Of a DNA stretch of 64,000 bases, positions 25,504 to 36,205 are shown piece after piece. The DNA lies in the NCBI GenBank assembly GCA_963666975.2, contig CAXVYR010000004.1, positions 1,312,001-1,376,000 of the forward strand, written 5' to 3'. Each line of letters starts with the position of its first letter. Positions within the stretch are counted from its first letter, which is position 1. This DNA comes from Terriglobia bacterium. Lineage in GTDB: Bacteria; Acidobacteriota; Terriglobia; 2-12-FULL-54-10. The position numbers and the translations under genes were made by a program. The notes beneath the pieces were generated by a model, which worked only from the letters and a program-made list of their open reading frames with translations, made no database searches and was not told where the DNA came from.

Positions 25504-27033
25504 TTAGCGTCCGTAGCGTCGGTTCAAATAACTTCCCAATTCGGCGTCCATGTCCTTGTAGTCCGTCCGCAAGGCGCTTCGGATCGCTGCTGTGATTGAG
25601 CTGCCCTGTCCCAGGAGCTTTAACAGATACGGCAACTGATAAGCTCCGTATTGGTCGCGGATCATGGCCACGGCGGCCAGGGACTCGGCGTAAGCAAGTC
25701 CAGCACGGGAAGAATCAAGCTCCATAAACGACCCTTCCAGTTCCGCCAAGGGAACATGCCGGGACTCGCTATAAATTTTGGCCAGCGCCGGCCCGGTGCG
25801 GGAAAGACGATCCCCGCTTTCCATCTGGGCGAGTCCCTCGTGGAGCCATGTGGGACAGCGGCCCTGTGCCTGGCGATAGACGAAAGAATGAACCATTTCA
25901 TGCTTCAGCACGCCGGCGAGTTCTCCGGTGACGCTGCTCAGCCCCGCCACAGGCACACGAATCTTGCCGTCGTTGAGGGCGCTCACCCAGCCGGGGACTT
26001 GGGTGATATCCATGAACTGCCGCGCAGTATAGAGAATCACCATAATAGGTTCGCGGGGAGAATAATCCAGCGCAAATTCCAGCTCTCGGTACTGCTGTTC
26101 CAGGGTCGCCAGAATCTCCCGGCTGAAGAGGTCTGAAACCTCCGAGCCTTCCCAATTCAATATGAACTGGCCGCTTCGCGCGTTGGCGAACCCGCCCTCC
26201 ACTTGATCTTCTCGTTCAGCTTGCTGGATGAGTTCCTGCAGCTTCTGGGCAAGCTTCTCATCGGGGCGCAGTGCCTGGGCTTGTTTCCAGTAGCGGGAGG
26301 CTTTCTCGGGGCCTTCGGAATAGTAATAGGCATGACCCAGCAGGGTCAGCGCGTCGGGGGACTTGGGCTCGATGCGCTCAGCGAGCAGCAGGTGATCGAT
26401 CGCCTTGCCGTATTGCTGGCGGATGATGTCGATTTGAGCGGCCAAGAGCAAGGCGTTGAAGTCGCGTCTGGATAACCGCAGCGCCTGTTCCGCCCAATGG
26501 CTGGCTTGGTTGAACCGCTGCTTCCGGGCTTCAAAGGAAGCGGCCACCAGGTGTGCATTCACGGCGTTTTGCCTTTCCATCTCACCGGTGTTGGCCGTTC
26601 TGGCCAGGGTTTGCAAATACTGCTCGTCCACTGCGCCGTCTCGAACGATGGACCCGATGTCCATGTCGGGCAGACGGATCTCGGTGGGGAGATTCTTTCC
26701 TGGATCGAGATCGCCCGTTCGCCGGCGCGACGCAGAAGAAGACCTACGCAGCGCAGAGCCTCCCTTCTCGATCCGGTCGACTAATGACTTCGGTATGGTT
26801 ACATCGCCGCCGAAGCGTTCATAGATCACCTTGTCTCCCGCTTCCGTGACGGAGTCGGCGACGATACGGCGGCCGTTTTTTAAGATGATGACGTCAGCCG
26901 GAGCACTGACAACTGCAAGAAAAAAAGAGACGAGTAGGGTTGGTAATATAAGGTCGGCACGCATCCAAAGCATGGAGTGTCCTTCCGGCGCCTTTTTGTT
27001 CCTGCGGTGAGTATAAGCTTTACTTTCCATCAT
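25504..27033 (-). CDS. TPR-repeat protein with clan MA metallopeptidase domain
   Basis: DVIILKNGR N-terminal domain, TPR-like helices, LKHEMVHSF...PTWLHEGLAQ; real start may be near 26973. Confidence 0.85.
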   Translation of the reverse strand: MMESKAYTHRRNKKAPEGHSMLWMRADLILPTLLVSFFLAVVSAPADVIILKNGRRIVADSVTEAGDKVIYERFGGDVTIPKSLVDRIEKGGSALRRSSSASRRRTGDLDPGKNLPTEIRLPDMDIGSIVRDGAVDEQYLQTLARTANTGEMERQNAVNAHLVAASFEARKQRFNQASHWAEQALRLSRRDFNALLLAAQIDIIRQQYGKAIDHLLLAERIEPKSPDALTLLGHAYYYSEGPEKASRYWKQAQALRPDEKLAQKLQELIQQAEREDQVEGGFANARSGQFILNWEGSEVSDLFSREILATLEQQYRELEFALDYSPREPIMVILYTARQFMDITQVPGWVSALNDGKIRVPVAGLSSVTGELAGVLKHEMVHSFVYRQAQGRCPTWLHEGLAQMESGDRLSRTGPALAKIYSESRHVPLAELEGSFMELDSSRAGLAYAESLAAVAMIRDQYGAYQLPYLLKLLGQGSSITAAIRSALRTDYKDMDAELGSYLNRRYGR

Positions 27034-27039
27034 TTCCCT

Positions 27040-27693
27040 TCATTTCCCGTCAACACTGGCCCACAGATACCAGGAGGCCACCGAGCGGTAGGGCTGCCAT
27101 CGCCGGCCCATCTGCTCCAGCCTTTCAGGGGACGGCAGCGCGCGCAATCTATATGCCTTTTGTACGGCCTTGCGGATGCCCAGGTCGCCCACAGGCAGCA
27201 CGTCCAGCCGACCCAAACAGAAGATCAGAAACATCTCCGCCGTCCAGCGGCCAATGCCCTTGACCTGGGTCAGATGGGCGATGATCTCCTCATCATCCAT
27301 GTCCATCGGCGAGAGGTTCCGCAGCTTGAGCGATCCGTCCAAAAGGCGCCGGGAGAGGTCCTTCAAATAGGAGATTTTTTGCGGAGAAAGCCCCGCCGAG
27401 CGAAGTTGCTTTTCGGGGGTGCGATCCAGCTTTTCGGGGGTGGGAAACCGGCGGGAGGAATAAAGAGCCCGGAAACGCGAGAAAATAACCGCCGCAGCTT
27501 TCCCGGCGAGCTGCTGATAAATGATGGCTTCCACCAAAGCGGCAAAATGGTTATTGCGACCCGCCCGCCCCAACCGGCAAGGGCCTATCTGACGGATGAG
27601 ACTGCCCAAGGCCGGATCGGCTTGGGAAAGCCGCCGGAGGGCGCTTTGTGAAAGATTCTCCGCATGGGATTGTTTTCGGTCCAGGAAAAGCAT
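27040..27693 (-). CDS. alkA: DNA-3-methyladenine glycosylase II (HhH-GPD)
   Basis: IIYQQLAGKAA, VKGIGRWTAEMFLIF, DVLPVGDLGIR, WQPYRSVASWYLW. Confidence 0.93.
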   Translation of the reverse strand: MLFLDRKQSHAENLSQSALRRLSQADPALGSLIRQIGPCRLGRAGRNNHFAALVEAIIYQQLAGKAAAVIFSRFRALYSSRRFPTPEKLDRTPEKQLRSAGLSPQKISYLKDLSRRLLDGSLKLRNLSPMDMDDEEIIAHLTQVKGIGRWTAEMFLIFCLGRLDVLPVGDLGIRKAVQKAYRLRALPSPERLEQMGRRWQPYRSVASWYLWASVDGK

Positions 27694-27971
27694 AGTTCGG
27701 CCTCAATGTAGCATAGAACTATTGTGTGCTGGGCCGCACGGTTTCACCGAATCGATACATCGAGACTCGGGCAGGAGGCGGTAGATAATAGATATATGGA
27801 TAACTGTTTGAAATTGCTGCCGCATCGACATTGACCCGTGGCGAGCCCAGTACTATAGAGCAGACAACGCGCAGTACCAAAGTCCTATTGTGCCTGGGCC
27901 ATTCCCGCTGAGATAATCTGATGCGTTGGTCTAATGATCTATGGAGTAATCCGCAAGTCCGGAGGTAGAGG

Positions 27972-30900
27972 ATGAGAAAAGTATTCTTATTGCTGGCGAT
28001 TGCAGTTCCGATGGTTTTGCTTGGACCGCGAACTGCCGCTGCGCAAAGCTGCACCGGCAGCAGCGCGCCGCTTGGGGTTCGGTCGGAAGGCACCATTGAA
28101 TTCCTCGGCGAGACCAACTGGGTCTGCGACTCCGGGGTCACGGAGATTCCGGTCACCCTTACGGTTAAAATTTCCCCAGTCACGGCCAAAATCGCTCCGG
28201 CCTCTGCCAGCCCGGACCACATCAGCACGTTCCCGTTTCCGACAATTACCTCTACTGTTTCCTTTGCCGCAGCTGCCGCAGCTCCCACAGTATCCATATC
28301 CACAAGCGGGAGCGATAACACGGTCAGCTTCAGCTTCACGCCCGGCGCGGGCGCTCAGACCTTTACCGTTTCCGGCATCCGTGCGAATATCGCCGCTTCG
28401 GGGATCTCCGGCGGAGTATCAGTCACCTCTTTACTGACCGTCTCGCCCACAGGTCCTGGCCAGCTTACCTTTACCAATCCCTCTCAGACAGTGGCTTTTG
28501 CGCGGTTCGGGCTGACGAGTGTCAGCGGATTTGTTTCCCCTCCTAACATTTCCTCCTGCGCCCCGGCCATTCCAACCCCGGCAGGATCTCCCGCAACCGT
28601 CGCCGGCAATCCGGACGCGTCTCTGATTGCCGCCAACTCCCTCCGGGTAAACCTGGTGGAAAACTTTCCAACCGCGTGGCACGACGCAGCTTCTGAGGAC
28701 GGAGCAAGCGGTCCCGATGGAATTTCCGGCACCGGCGATGATGGAACCGGCGGAGCGCCCCTGTATGGAACTCGCTTCCTGGTTACCCTCACGAACATTC
28801 CCAGCGGTTTTACGCCCTATGCCCCGCAGGAATTCAATGCCACCGGCTTGCTCGATCCATCGACCGGATCATTTGCGCCGTCGACAAGCATTCTGGCGCT
28901 CACGCGGGTTACCGGCGCGGCCGCCGACGGCTCCGGCGGAGCGCCCCTCGGCACAACGGTTGCGAATTCTTTTGACCGCATAACCGTTACAGGCGGGACG
29001 GCAACCATCGTTTACGAGGTGACGGCGACGGATTCGCCCGCGAAGTTCAACAACATCTCTTTTTTCATCGCCCTCACGGGCGCGGCCACCACCGGCACGG
29101 GAACCATCAGCGGTTCGGCTGGGTTTGGGGCCGTGGGGCCTCCGGCGAATCCTCACCGCCCGCAGTTCATTGCCGCCGCAGCGAAGACGGCAGCCGAAGT
29201 GACGGCCTGCGCGGATATCGCCATCACCAAAACCGACAGTTCCGACCCGGTGGAGAGCGGCGGGGCGCTGACCTACACCCTCACCGTCGAAAACCTCACT
29301 AGTTTGGCTCTTGGTTTCGCCACCGACGATGTGACGGTAACCGATCCTTTGCCGGCGGGCGTTTCTTTCGTCTCTTGCACGGCGTCGACCGGAAGCTGCT
29401 CGGAGGCCGCAGGAATCGTGACGGCGCTGCTGGGCACTTTGGCGGCTCAAGCAAGCGAGGTAGTCACGATTGAGGTCACTGCCCCGGCGGTGGCGGCCTC
29501 GACATTGCTGACGAACACGGCCACGGTTACCACCTCCACGGAGGAAGGTCCTGCGGACAACAATCAGGCTAGTCAAACCACAACGGTCAATCCGGTCGGT
29601 GGCCCTCCGGGAGGAGGGATTACGGCGCTGGCCATTGACCCTGTCAACCCCGCCATCCTTTATGCCGGGACCGCCGGGGGCGGTTTCTTCAAGAGCACCA
29701 ACGGGGGCGTGAGTTGGTTCGCTGCCGACATCGGCCTGCCGACCGTGGGTGTGTTCTCCCTGGCTATCGACCCGGCCAACACTGCCACTCTGTATGCCGG
29801 ATTGAACGGCAATGTGGATAGTGTGTTCACCAGCACCGACGGGGGGATGAGCTGGAGCGCTGCCAGTTCCGGACTGACGGATACGATTGTTCTCTCGCTG
29901 GCCATCGATCCGGCCAGCCCCTCCACGCTCTATGCCGGGACGGCGACCGGCGCGTTCATCCCCGGCGATGGTGTCTTCCTGAGCACCGACGGGGGCGCAA
30001 CGTGGGCCATTGCTAACTCCGGCCTGCCGAGTGCGTTTGTTTTCTCGCTGGCTATCGATCCGGCCAGCGCCGGCACGGTTTATGCCGGCACATCCAGCGG
30101 TGTTTTCGTGACCACCGACGGGGGCGCGGGCTGGACTGGCATCAACACCGGCCTGACCGACACGATGGTTCGCTCTGTCGTCGTCGATCCGGCCAACCCC
30201 GGCACGCTCTATGCCGGGACGGACGGCGGCGGTGTCTTCCAAAGCGTGGATGGCGGAGCGAACTGGATCGCCGTCAACACCGGCCTGACGAACACTCAGG
30301 TTGTATCCTTGGCTATTGGCACGCTCTATGCGGGAACAGACGGCGGTGGTGTCTTCAAGAGCGAGGATGGCGGAGCAAGCTGGACTGAACTCAACTCGAC
30401 CCTTGCCGCTACGCTGGCTGAAATTGCTCATATGCCGTTGGCCGTCGATCCGGTCAACCTCGGCACGCTGTATGCGGGGACCGCTGATGGTGTTTTCAAG
30501 AGCACGGATGGGGGCGCTTCCTGGCAGCCCACCGGCACCAGCGAGGGCGGGGGCGCGCCGCCTGCCACAACCATCGCTATGGTGAGCGGAGATAACCAAA
30601 GCGGGGCTGTGGGCGAAGTTTTGGCCCATCCCTTTGTCGTGGTGGTCACCAATGCAGACGGCGTCCCGGTTGCAGGAGTAACCGTTACGTTTGCCGTCAC
30701 GGAGGGCGGCGGAACGCTTTCTCTCACCCAAGCCGATACCGACGATCAGGGCGTGGTTTCCAGCATTTTGACCTTGGGACCCAGCGCGGGAGCCAACACC
30801 GTCACAGCCACTTCCGGGACCTTGGCTGGCAGCCCTGTCACATTTAATGCCACGGGCGTTGCGGAACCGGGCGGAACCGGCGTTGTGATCGACGTCAAGC

Positions 30901-31325
30901 CAAGCGTCAATCCCCGCAGCAGAGGCGTCATCCCTGTGGCCATTCTCACCACGGATGATTTCGATGCATCTACCGTTGCTCCCGGCACAGAGCGATTTGG
31001 CCCCGACGAGGCGGTCATTGCGCACAGGTCAGGGCATTTCGAAGATGTTGATCTGGATGGCGACACGGACTTGATGCTTCATTTCCGAACGCAGGAAACA
31101 GGAATCCAATGTGGCGACACAGAAGCAACCCTAACCGGTGAAACCTTCGACGGACAGTCCTTCCAGGCCTCCGACAGCATTGTGACCGTAGGCTGCCATG
31201 GAAGAGGGCATGGGCCGGATGGCGACGGGGAGCAGGGTTTGCACGCGGACGACGATGACGAAGACGATGACGACGGCAACGACGGGGGCCGAGGTCGGGG
31301 GAAGAAACCAAAGAAGGAAAAATAG
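27972..31325 (+). CDS. Large secreted mosaic protein (beta-rich N-terminus, DUF11-like, BNR beta-propeller, Big_1-like Ig, acidic tail)
   Basis: Signal peptide; ADIAITKTDSSDPV..G..LTYTLTVEN; six (S/T)xxGGxxW Asp-box repeats with AIDP...LYAGT; MVSGDNQSG...VTVTFAV; EDVDLDGDTDL; poly-Asp then Lys-rich end. Confidence 0.85.
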   Translation: MRKVFLLLAIAVPMVLLGPRTAAAQSCTGSSAPLGVRSEGTIEFLGETNWVCDSGVTEIPVTLTVKISPVTAKIAPASASPDHISTFPFPTITSTVSFAAAAAAPTVSISTSGSDNTVSFSFTPGAGAQTFTVSGIRANIAASGISGGVSVTSLLTVSPTGPGQLTFTNPSQTVAFARFGLTSVSGFVSPPNISSCAPAIPTPAGSPATVAGNPDASLIAANSLRVNLVENFPTAWHDAASEDGASGPDGISGTGDDGTGGAPLYGTRFLVTLTNIPSGFTPYAPQEFNATGLLDPSTGSFAPSTSILALTRVTGAAADGSGGAPLGTTVANSFDRITVTGGTATIVYEVTATDSPAKFNNISFFIALTGAATTGTGTISGSAGFGAVGPPANPHRPQFIAAAAKTAAEVTACADIAITKTDSSDPVESGGALTYTLTVENLTSLALGFATDDVTVTDPLPAGVSFVSCTASTGSCSEAAGIVTALLGTLAAQASEVVTIEVTAPAVAASTLLTNTATVTTSTEEGPADNNQASQTTTVNPVGGPPGGGITALAIDPVNPAILYAGTAGGGFFKSTNGGVSWFAADIGLPTVGVFSLAIDPANTATLYAGLNGNVDSVFTSTDGGMSWSAASSGLTDTIVLSLAIDPASPSTLYAGTATGAFIPGDGVFLSTDGGATWAIANSGLPSAFVFSLAIDPASAGTVYAGTSSGVFVTTDGGAGWTGINTGLTDTMVRSVVVDPANPGTLYAGTDGGGVFQSVDGGANWIAVNTGLTNTQVVSLAIGTLYAGTDGGGVFKSEDGGASWTELNSTLAATLAEIAHMPLAVDPVNLGTLYAGTADGVFKSTDGGASWQPTGTSEGGGAPPATTIAMVSGDNQSGAVGEVLAHPFVVVVTNADGVPVAGVTVTFAVTEGGGTLSLTQADTDDQGVVSSILTLGPSAGANTVTATSGTLAGSPVTFNATGVAEPGGTGVVIDVKPSVNPRSRGVIPVAILTTDDFDASTVAPGTERFGPDEAVIAHRSGHFEDVDLDGDTDLMLHFRTQETGIQCGDTEATLTGETFDGQSFQASDSIVTVGCHGRGHGPDGDGEQGLHADDDDEDDDDGNDGGRGRGKKPKKEK

Positions 31326-31363
31326 GTAATTGAAGCCACTTCGTTGTTAGTTGCCCGGCTGGT

Positions 31364-32017
31364 ATGGATGCCAGCCCGGAAGGGCAGGCTCCGCTGCAGC
31401 AGCGAGGGAGTCTCGTCTTCGATCTCCTACGGAACCTTTCGCTGGCAACCGGACCTTCGATTGACATCCGAGCAGGGGTGGAACTTGTGCGAACTCTGAT
31501 TGCGCTACTTCTGGAGGGATGGTTGCTGGGAACGCTTCTGATGGGGGGCGTCGCCGCCGAAAACTTTTTCCGGATCGACCGCCTGCTCGATTCTCCATCC
31601 CATAGCTCTTTTCAAAACAACGTCGCCCGGCTGCCCGAGGGAGAAGCCCGCGCGATGCTGCGTTACCTGGCCTCGGAATTGAATCGATTTTATTTTTATG
31701 TTTGGGGATGGGTGCAGTTGATCTTGGGTGCGGTTTGTTTTGCCATCGCCGCTCTAAAACTGAAGCAGAAGAAACTCGTCATAGGCTTTTCTTCAATGCT
31801 GGCCGTGGTCGCCGTGATGGCGTTTTATATTACGCCTGAGATCATCGAGGTGGGCCGCAGCCTTGATTTTGTGCCCCGCGAGCCGTCTCCGCCCGGCATG
31901 GCCTCCTTTGGCAGGCTGCACGCCGCTTATTCCATTTTAGACCTTGGAAAATTTCTGGCTGGCATTTGGATGGCGGTTGCCTTGGTGCGCTTGCCGGCAG
32001 ACACGAAGCTGGCGTGA
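31364..32017 (+). CDS. DUF4149/TMEM205-like membrane protein
   Basis: Four TM helices, ITPEI...FGRLHAAYS; true start probably GTG 31478 or 31487. Confidence 0.7.
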   Translation: MDASPEGQAPLQQRGSLVFDLLRNLSLATGPSIDIRAGVELVRTLIALLLEGWLLGTLLMGGVAAENFFRIDRLLDSPSHSSFQNNVARLPEGEARAMLRYLASELNRFYFYVWGWVQLILGAVCFAIAALKLKQKKLVIGFSSMLAVVAVMAFYITPEIIEVGRSLDFVPREPSPPGMASFGRLHAAYSILDLGKFLAGIWMAVALVRLPADTKLA

Positions 32018-32190
32018 AGCAGCCCGCCGGTTTGCCTTCTGACCCCTTCTGTTTTTTATCCTGAATTTTAGCTAGTCAGTCCGGCGTTACTACTTCCGCG
32101 CCTGGTTTGCCCTGCCGAGCGGTTCTATGCTACCTTTTGATTTTTAAGACTTTCGAGAGAAGAGGAGCAGGAGAAAAATCTCCGGAGGCA

Positions 32191-32937
32191 ATGCCGGTTC
32201 GTGAGACGGAAGCGATCATCCTCCGGACCTATCCGCTGAAAGAAGCCGACAAGATCGTTAGTTTTTTTTCGCGGGATGCGGGACGCCTGCGGGGAGTGGC
32301 GCGGAACGCGCGCCGCAGCCTGCGGCGTTTTGGAGCGGCCCTGGAGCTTCTGTCGCACGTTCGCTTGCGATACTTCCAGCAAGAAAACCGCGATCTGGTC
32401 CGGCTGGACTCCTGCGAACTGCTGCAATCTTTTTTTGAGACCCAGCGGAATTACGAAGCGAGCGTCGGGTTCTGTTATATCACCGAAGTCTGCGAGCAAT
32501 TGCTCCCCGAAGGCGAGGCGAATGACCCGTTCTTCCGGCTGGTCCTGCTGGTCGCAAACCAAATCCGCCGCACCGAACAGATTTGGCAGTCCCTGACCTA
32601 CTTCGACCTGTGGGCCGTAAAGCTGGCCGGATTTCTCCCCCAGCTGGATGTCTGTTGCCGCTGTGGCGCAAACTTTGAGCTTGGCGAGCAGGCGTGGTTT
32701 CGCCCCGAATGGGAGGGGTTGGGGTGCGAGGCTTGCCGGGACGAGGAAAGCTGGCGTTTCAGCGCCGACTCACGGGCTTTGGCCCGCACGATGCTCGCGT
32801 CCACTTTGGAGGCGGTTCAGCCGGAGGGATGGAGTAAGAACCGTGCGGAAGACCTGCGAAAATTTCTGGGCCAGCAGATCGAACGGCACATCGAACGGAG
32901 GCTGGTGACACGCCCACAACTGGAAGCGCTGCCGTAG
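32191..32937 (+). CDS. recO: DNA repair protein RecO
   Basis: [26 protein letters not shown], Zn-finger CCRC...CEAC. Confidence 0.95.
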   Translation: MPVRETEAIILRTYPLKEADKIVSFFSRDAGRLRGVARNARRSLRRFGAALELLSHVRLRYFQQENRDLVRLDSCELLQSFFETQRNYEASVGFCYITEVCEQLLPEGEANDPFFRLVLLVANQIRRTEQIWQSLTYFDLWAVKLAGFLPQLDVCCRCGANFELGEQAWFRPEWEGLGCEACRDEESWRFSADSRALARTMLASTLEAVQPEGWSKNRAEDLRKFLGQQIERHIERRLVTRPQLEALP

Positions 32938-33005
32938 TCCAGACCGTAGTCCGGCGAGTTGTGAAATTTTGGCTTGGTAGGAACCGAGAAACGGCCGAGA
33001 AACGA

Positions 33006-33971
33006 ATGAAACCGGCAAAGACATTCCAGGAACTGATCTTTCGGCTCACTGATTTTTGGGCCGGGCGGGGCTGTCTCATCCAGCAGCCCTACGACGTGGA
33101 AGTCGGCGCCGGGACGATGTGTCCTGAAACCTTTCTTCGCGTCTTGGGACCGAAGCCTTACAAGGTGGCCTACGTGCAGCCCAGCCGACGGCCCGCCGAC
33201 GGCCGCTATGGAGAAAATCCCAACCGCTTATACAAGCATCTCCAGTTGCAGGTGATTCTCAAGCCTGCTCCCGCCGACATTCAGGATGTTTACCTGGCCA
33301 GTTTGGAGAAGATTGGAATCGAGCTGCGCAACCACGATTTGAAGTTTGAGGAGGACAACTGGGAAGCGCCCACGCTGGGCGCATGGGGAATCGGATGGCA
33401 GGTGATGCTGGACGGCCTGGAGATCACTCAGTTCACTTACTTCCAGCAGTGCGGGGGCGTGGAGTTGGACCCGGTCTCGGTGGAGCTGACCCTGGGACTG
33501 GAGCGCATCAGCTCGTTTTTGCAGGATACGGAAAGCGTTTACCAGATGCGCTGGAACGAGAAAATGACCTACGGCGAGGTGCGCCAGGCCGAAGAGCAGC
33601 AGTTCTCGACATACAACTTCGAGATGGCCGACGTCGCCACCTTGTGGAAACTTTTGGAGCTGAACGAGCAGGAGTGCCGCCGTTTGCTGGGGAATTACCG
33701 GCAACTGAAAGCGCCAGCCGAAAAGGCGCGGTTCCCGGTGCTGGCCGCCTATGATCTGGTGTTGAAATGTTCGCATCTGTTTAACATGCTCGATGCGCGC
33801 GGAGCCATCAGCGTAACCGAACGCGTCGCCGTCATCGGACGGGTGCGGTCGCTCGCCTGCGGGGTGGCCGCGGCATATCTCGATCAAGCGGATGTGTCGC
33901 CTGACTCCTCCAGCGTTTCCTCGGAAGCCTCGCAGCCAGGCGAGAAGATATCGGAAGTCGTTGCCTCCTAA
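33006..33971 (+). CDS. glyQ: Glycine-tRNA ligase alpha subunit
   Basis: [43 protein letters not shown]-like [10 protein letters not shown]. Confidence 0.98.
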   Translation: MKPAKTFQELIFRLTDFWAGRGCLIQQPYDVEVGAGTMCPETFLRVLGPKPYKVAYVQPSRRPADGRYGENPNRLYKHLQLQVILKPAPADIQDVYLASLEKIGIELRNHDLKFEEDNWEAPTLGAWGIGWQVMLDGLEITQFTYFQQCGGVELDPVSVELTLGLERISSFLQDTESVYQMRWNEKMTYGEVRQAEEQQFSTYNFEMADVATLWKLLELNEQECRRLLGNYRQLKAPAEKARFPVLAAYDLVLKCSHLFNMLDARGAISVTERVAVIGRVRSLACGVAAAYLDQADVSPDSSSVSSEASQPGEKISEVVAS

Positions 33972-33979
33972 GCGGACCC

Positions 33980-36145
33980 TTGACAGTGGAATCAAAACAA
34001 AAAGAGTTTCTGCTCGAAATCGGCACGGAAGAGATCCCCGCCTGGATGATTGAACCTGGGCTGGCGAGCCTGAAGCGGCTGCTCGAAGAAGGATTAGAAC
34101 GTGCCCGCCTTTCGGCGGAGCAGCCGGTTTCCTTCCAAATGCACGCCACTCCCCGGCGGCTGGTGGCTTTCTGTCCGGGCTTGCTATCGCGCCAGCCCGA
34201 CTCCGTCGAGATGGTGCAAGGGCCGCCGAAGCGGATCGCCTTTGACGCCCAGGGGAAGCCGACCCCGGCGGCGATCCAGTTTGCCGCCAAAATGGATACC
34301 ACGCCGGAAAAGCTGCAATCGGTGACCACGCCCAAAGGCGAGTATCTGGCCTTCCGGAAAAAAGATCGGGGACGGCCGACCCAGGAAATCCTGCGGGAGT
34401 TGGTTCCGCAGGCGGTCCTCGGCATCCCGTTTCCGCGCAGCATGTACTGGGAAGGCAAATCAGGCCCGCGCTTCATTCGGCCCATTCGTTCCTTGCTGGT
34501 GCTGTTCGGCGGCCGCGTGGTGCCTTGCCGGATTGGAACCGTCCATGCCGGCGCTTGGACCTTCGGCCACAGGCAGTTGGGCAAGCCCCGGCTGCGCGTT
34601 CGCGATTTTGCGGGCTACATGGAAACGCTGCGGCAAAACTATGTTCTGCTCGACGCCAGCGAACGGCGGGCCAAAATCCTGAAAGAGATTCAGAGGTTGC
34701 TTGCATCCGGGAATGGCTTGCGCCTGAAGGAGAACGAAGAGCTGTTGAATACTTTGGTTTATCTTGCCGAGTATCCCACCCCCGTGGCCGGACAATTTGA
34801 TGCTTCGTATCTGTCGCTTCCCGAAGAGGTGCTGGTTACGGTGATGCGCGGCCACCAGAAGTACTTCTCCGTCGAGCGGAAGGGGGGGGCGCTGGCGCCT
34901 CGTTTTGTGGCCGTGATGAATTTGGAAAAAGACCGTAGCGGCGCTATCCAGCACGGCCACGAGCGCGTCCTGCGCGCGCGCTTCAATGACGCCCGCTTCT
35001 TTTGGGAAACCGATAGCAAGATTTCTTTGGAACAGCGTCTGGAGATGCTGCAACACGTCACCTTCCAGTCGCGGCTTGGTTCTTACTTCGAGAAAGCGAA
35101 GCGAATGGAGTCACTCGCCGGCGAGCTAGTGCGCAAGAGCGGTAGCACGTCCCTTCTCGCCGATATTCAAACGGCGGCACGGCTTGCCAAGTGCGACCTG
35201 ACCACGGAATTGGTGAAGGAGTTCACGGAACTCCAGGGCGTGGTAGGCGGCTTATATGCCGAGCGCGAAGGCAAATCCAAAGAGATCGCCACGGCCATCT
35301 ACGACCATTATGCGCCGCAGAGCATGGAGGACGCCGCTCCCCGAACACTGGCGGGAGCCCTCGTCTCGCTGGCGGATCGAATGGACACTCTCGTGGGATG
35401 CTTCGGGGTTGGCCTCGCTCCTACCGGGTCCAAGGACCCGTTCGGACTGCGCCGCGCGGCGCAAGGGGTGATTCGGATTCTCGTCGAGCACTCGCTGCGG
35501 TTGCCGTTCAGCGTTCTGGTGGGCGTGACGGTCGATACCTACCGGGAGCGGTTAGCCGAGGGACAGACTCCGGAGTGGCAGGATAAAGCTATCGGGGATT
35601 CGCTGAAAGCATTTCTGGTAGACCGCCTGCGGTACTATCTGCGGGAGGTGCGCGGATTTACTTACGACGAAGTCAATGCCGTGCTCGCCGCTGGTGACGA
35701 TGAAGTAGTGGATGCCCTGAAACGGTTGGAGGCGGTGGCGCGGGTTCGCCCGACGGAGAACTTTGAGCCGCTGGCTGCCGCTTTTAAGCGAATTAAAAAT
35801 ATTTTGCAGCAGGGCAACTATACCTTTCCCGTTTCCAGGCGGGAACTGGACCGGAAGCTGCTCGAAGAGGGTCCTGAATCCCAGTTGTTCAAAAGATACC
35901 AAGCAGTATCTGCCGAAGTTTCGCAGCACAAACAATCGGGAAACTTCCTGGCAGGGCTTGAGGCGATTGCTTCCCTGCGGCCGGACGTGGACCTTTTCTT
36001 CGACAAAATATTGGTGATGTCTCCGCAAAAGGAAGTCCGCCAAAATCGTTTGACCTTGCTGGGAAATCTTTTTTTCGAATTTTCTACGATCGCCGATTTT
36101 TCAGAGATCGTGACTGCCGAACCCAAAAAAGCTGGATCACACTAA
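33980..36145 (+). CDS. glyS: Glycine-tRNA ligase beta subunit
   Basis: LLEIGTEEIP, TPRRL, FIRPIR, HQKYF, EFTELQG, PTGSKDPFGLRR. Confidence 0.98.
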   Translation: MTVESKQKEFLLEIGTEEIPAWMIEPGLASLKRLLEEGLERARLSAEQPVSFQMHATPRRLVAFCPGLLSRQPDSVEMVQGPPKRIAFDAQGKPTPAAIQFAAKMDTTPEKLQSVTTPKGEYLAFRKKDRGRPTQEILRELVPQAVLGIPFPRSMYWEGKSGPRFIRPIRSLLVLFGGRVVPCRIGTVHAGAWTFGHRQLGKPRLRVRDFAGYMETLRQNYVLLDASERRAKILKEIQRLLASGNGLRLKENEELLNTLVYLAEYPTPVAGQFDASYLSLPEEVLVTVMRGHQKYFSVERKGGALAPRFVAVMNLEKDRSGAIQHGHERVLRARFNDARFFWETDSKISLEQRLEMLQHVTFQSRLGSYFEKAKRMESLAGELVRKSGSTSLLADIQTAARLAKCDLTTELVKEFTELQGVVGGLYAEREGKSKEIATAIYDHYAPQSMEDAAPRTLAGALVSLADRMDTLVGCFGVGLAPTGSKDPFGLRRAAQGVIRILVEHSLRLPFSVLVGVTVDTYRERLAEGQTPEWQDKAIGDSLKAFLVDRLRYYLREVRGFTYDEVNAVLAAGDDEVVDALKRLEAVARVRPTENFEPLAAAFKRIKNILQQGNYTFPVSRRELDRKLLEEGPESQLFKRYQAVSAEVSQHKQSGNFLAGLEAIASLRPDVDLFFDKILVMSPQKEVRQNRLTLLGNLFFEFSTIADFSEIVTAEPKKAGSH

Positions 36146-36205
36146 CCGGTTCTTCCGGGTCTGAAACCGAAGCGGAGGGAGCTGAAAGAAGGAGCTTAAA
36201 TAAAG

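Noticed and set aside
17535-31025. Long antisense ORFs (e.g. 17535-19226, 28869-31025; also 11511-13232, 36956-38083, 41352-42482)
   Set aside because: Shadow frames of high-GC genes with clear family motifs on the opposite strand.
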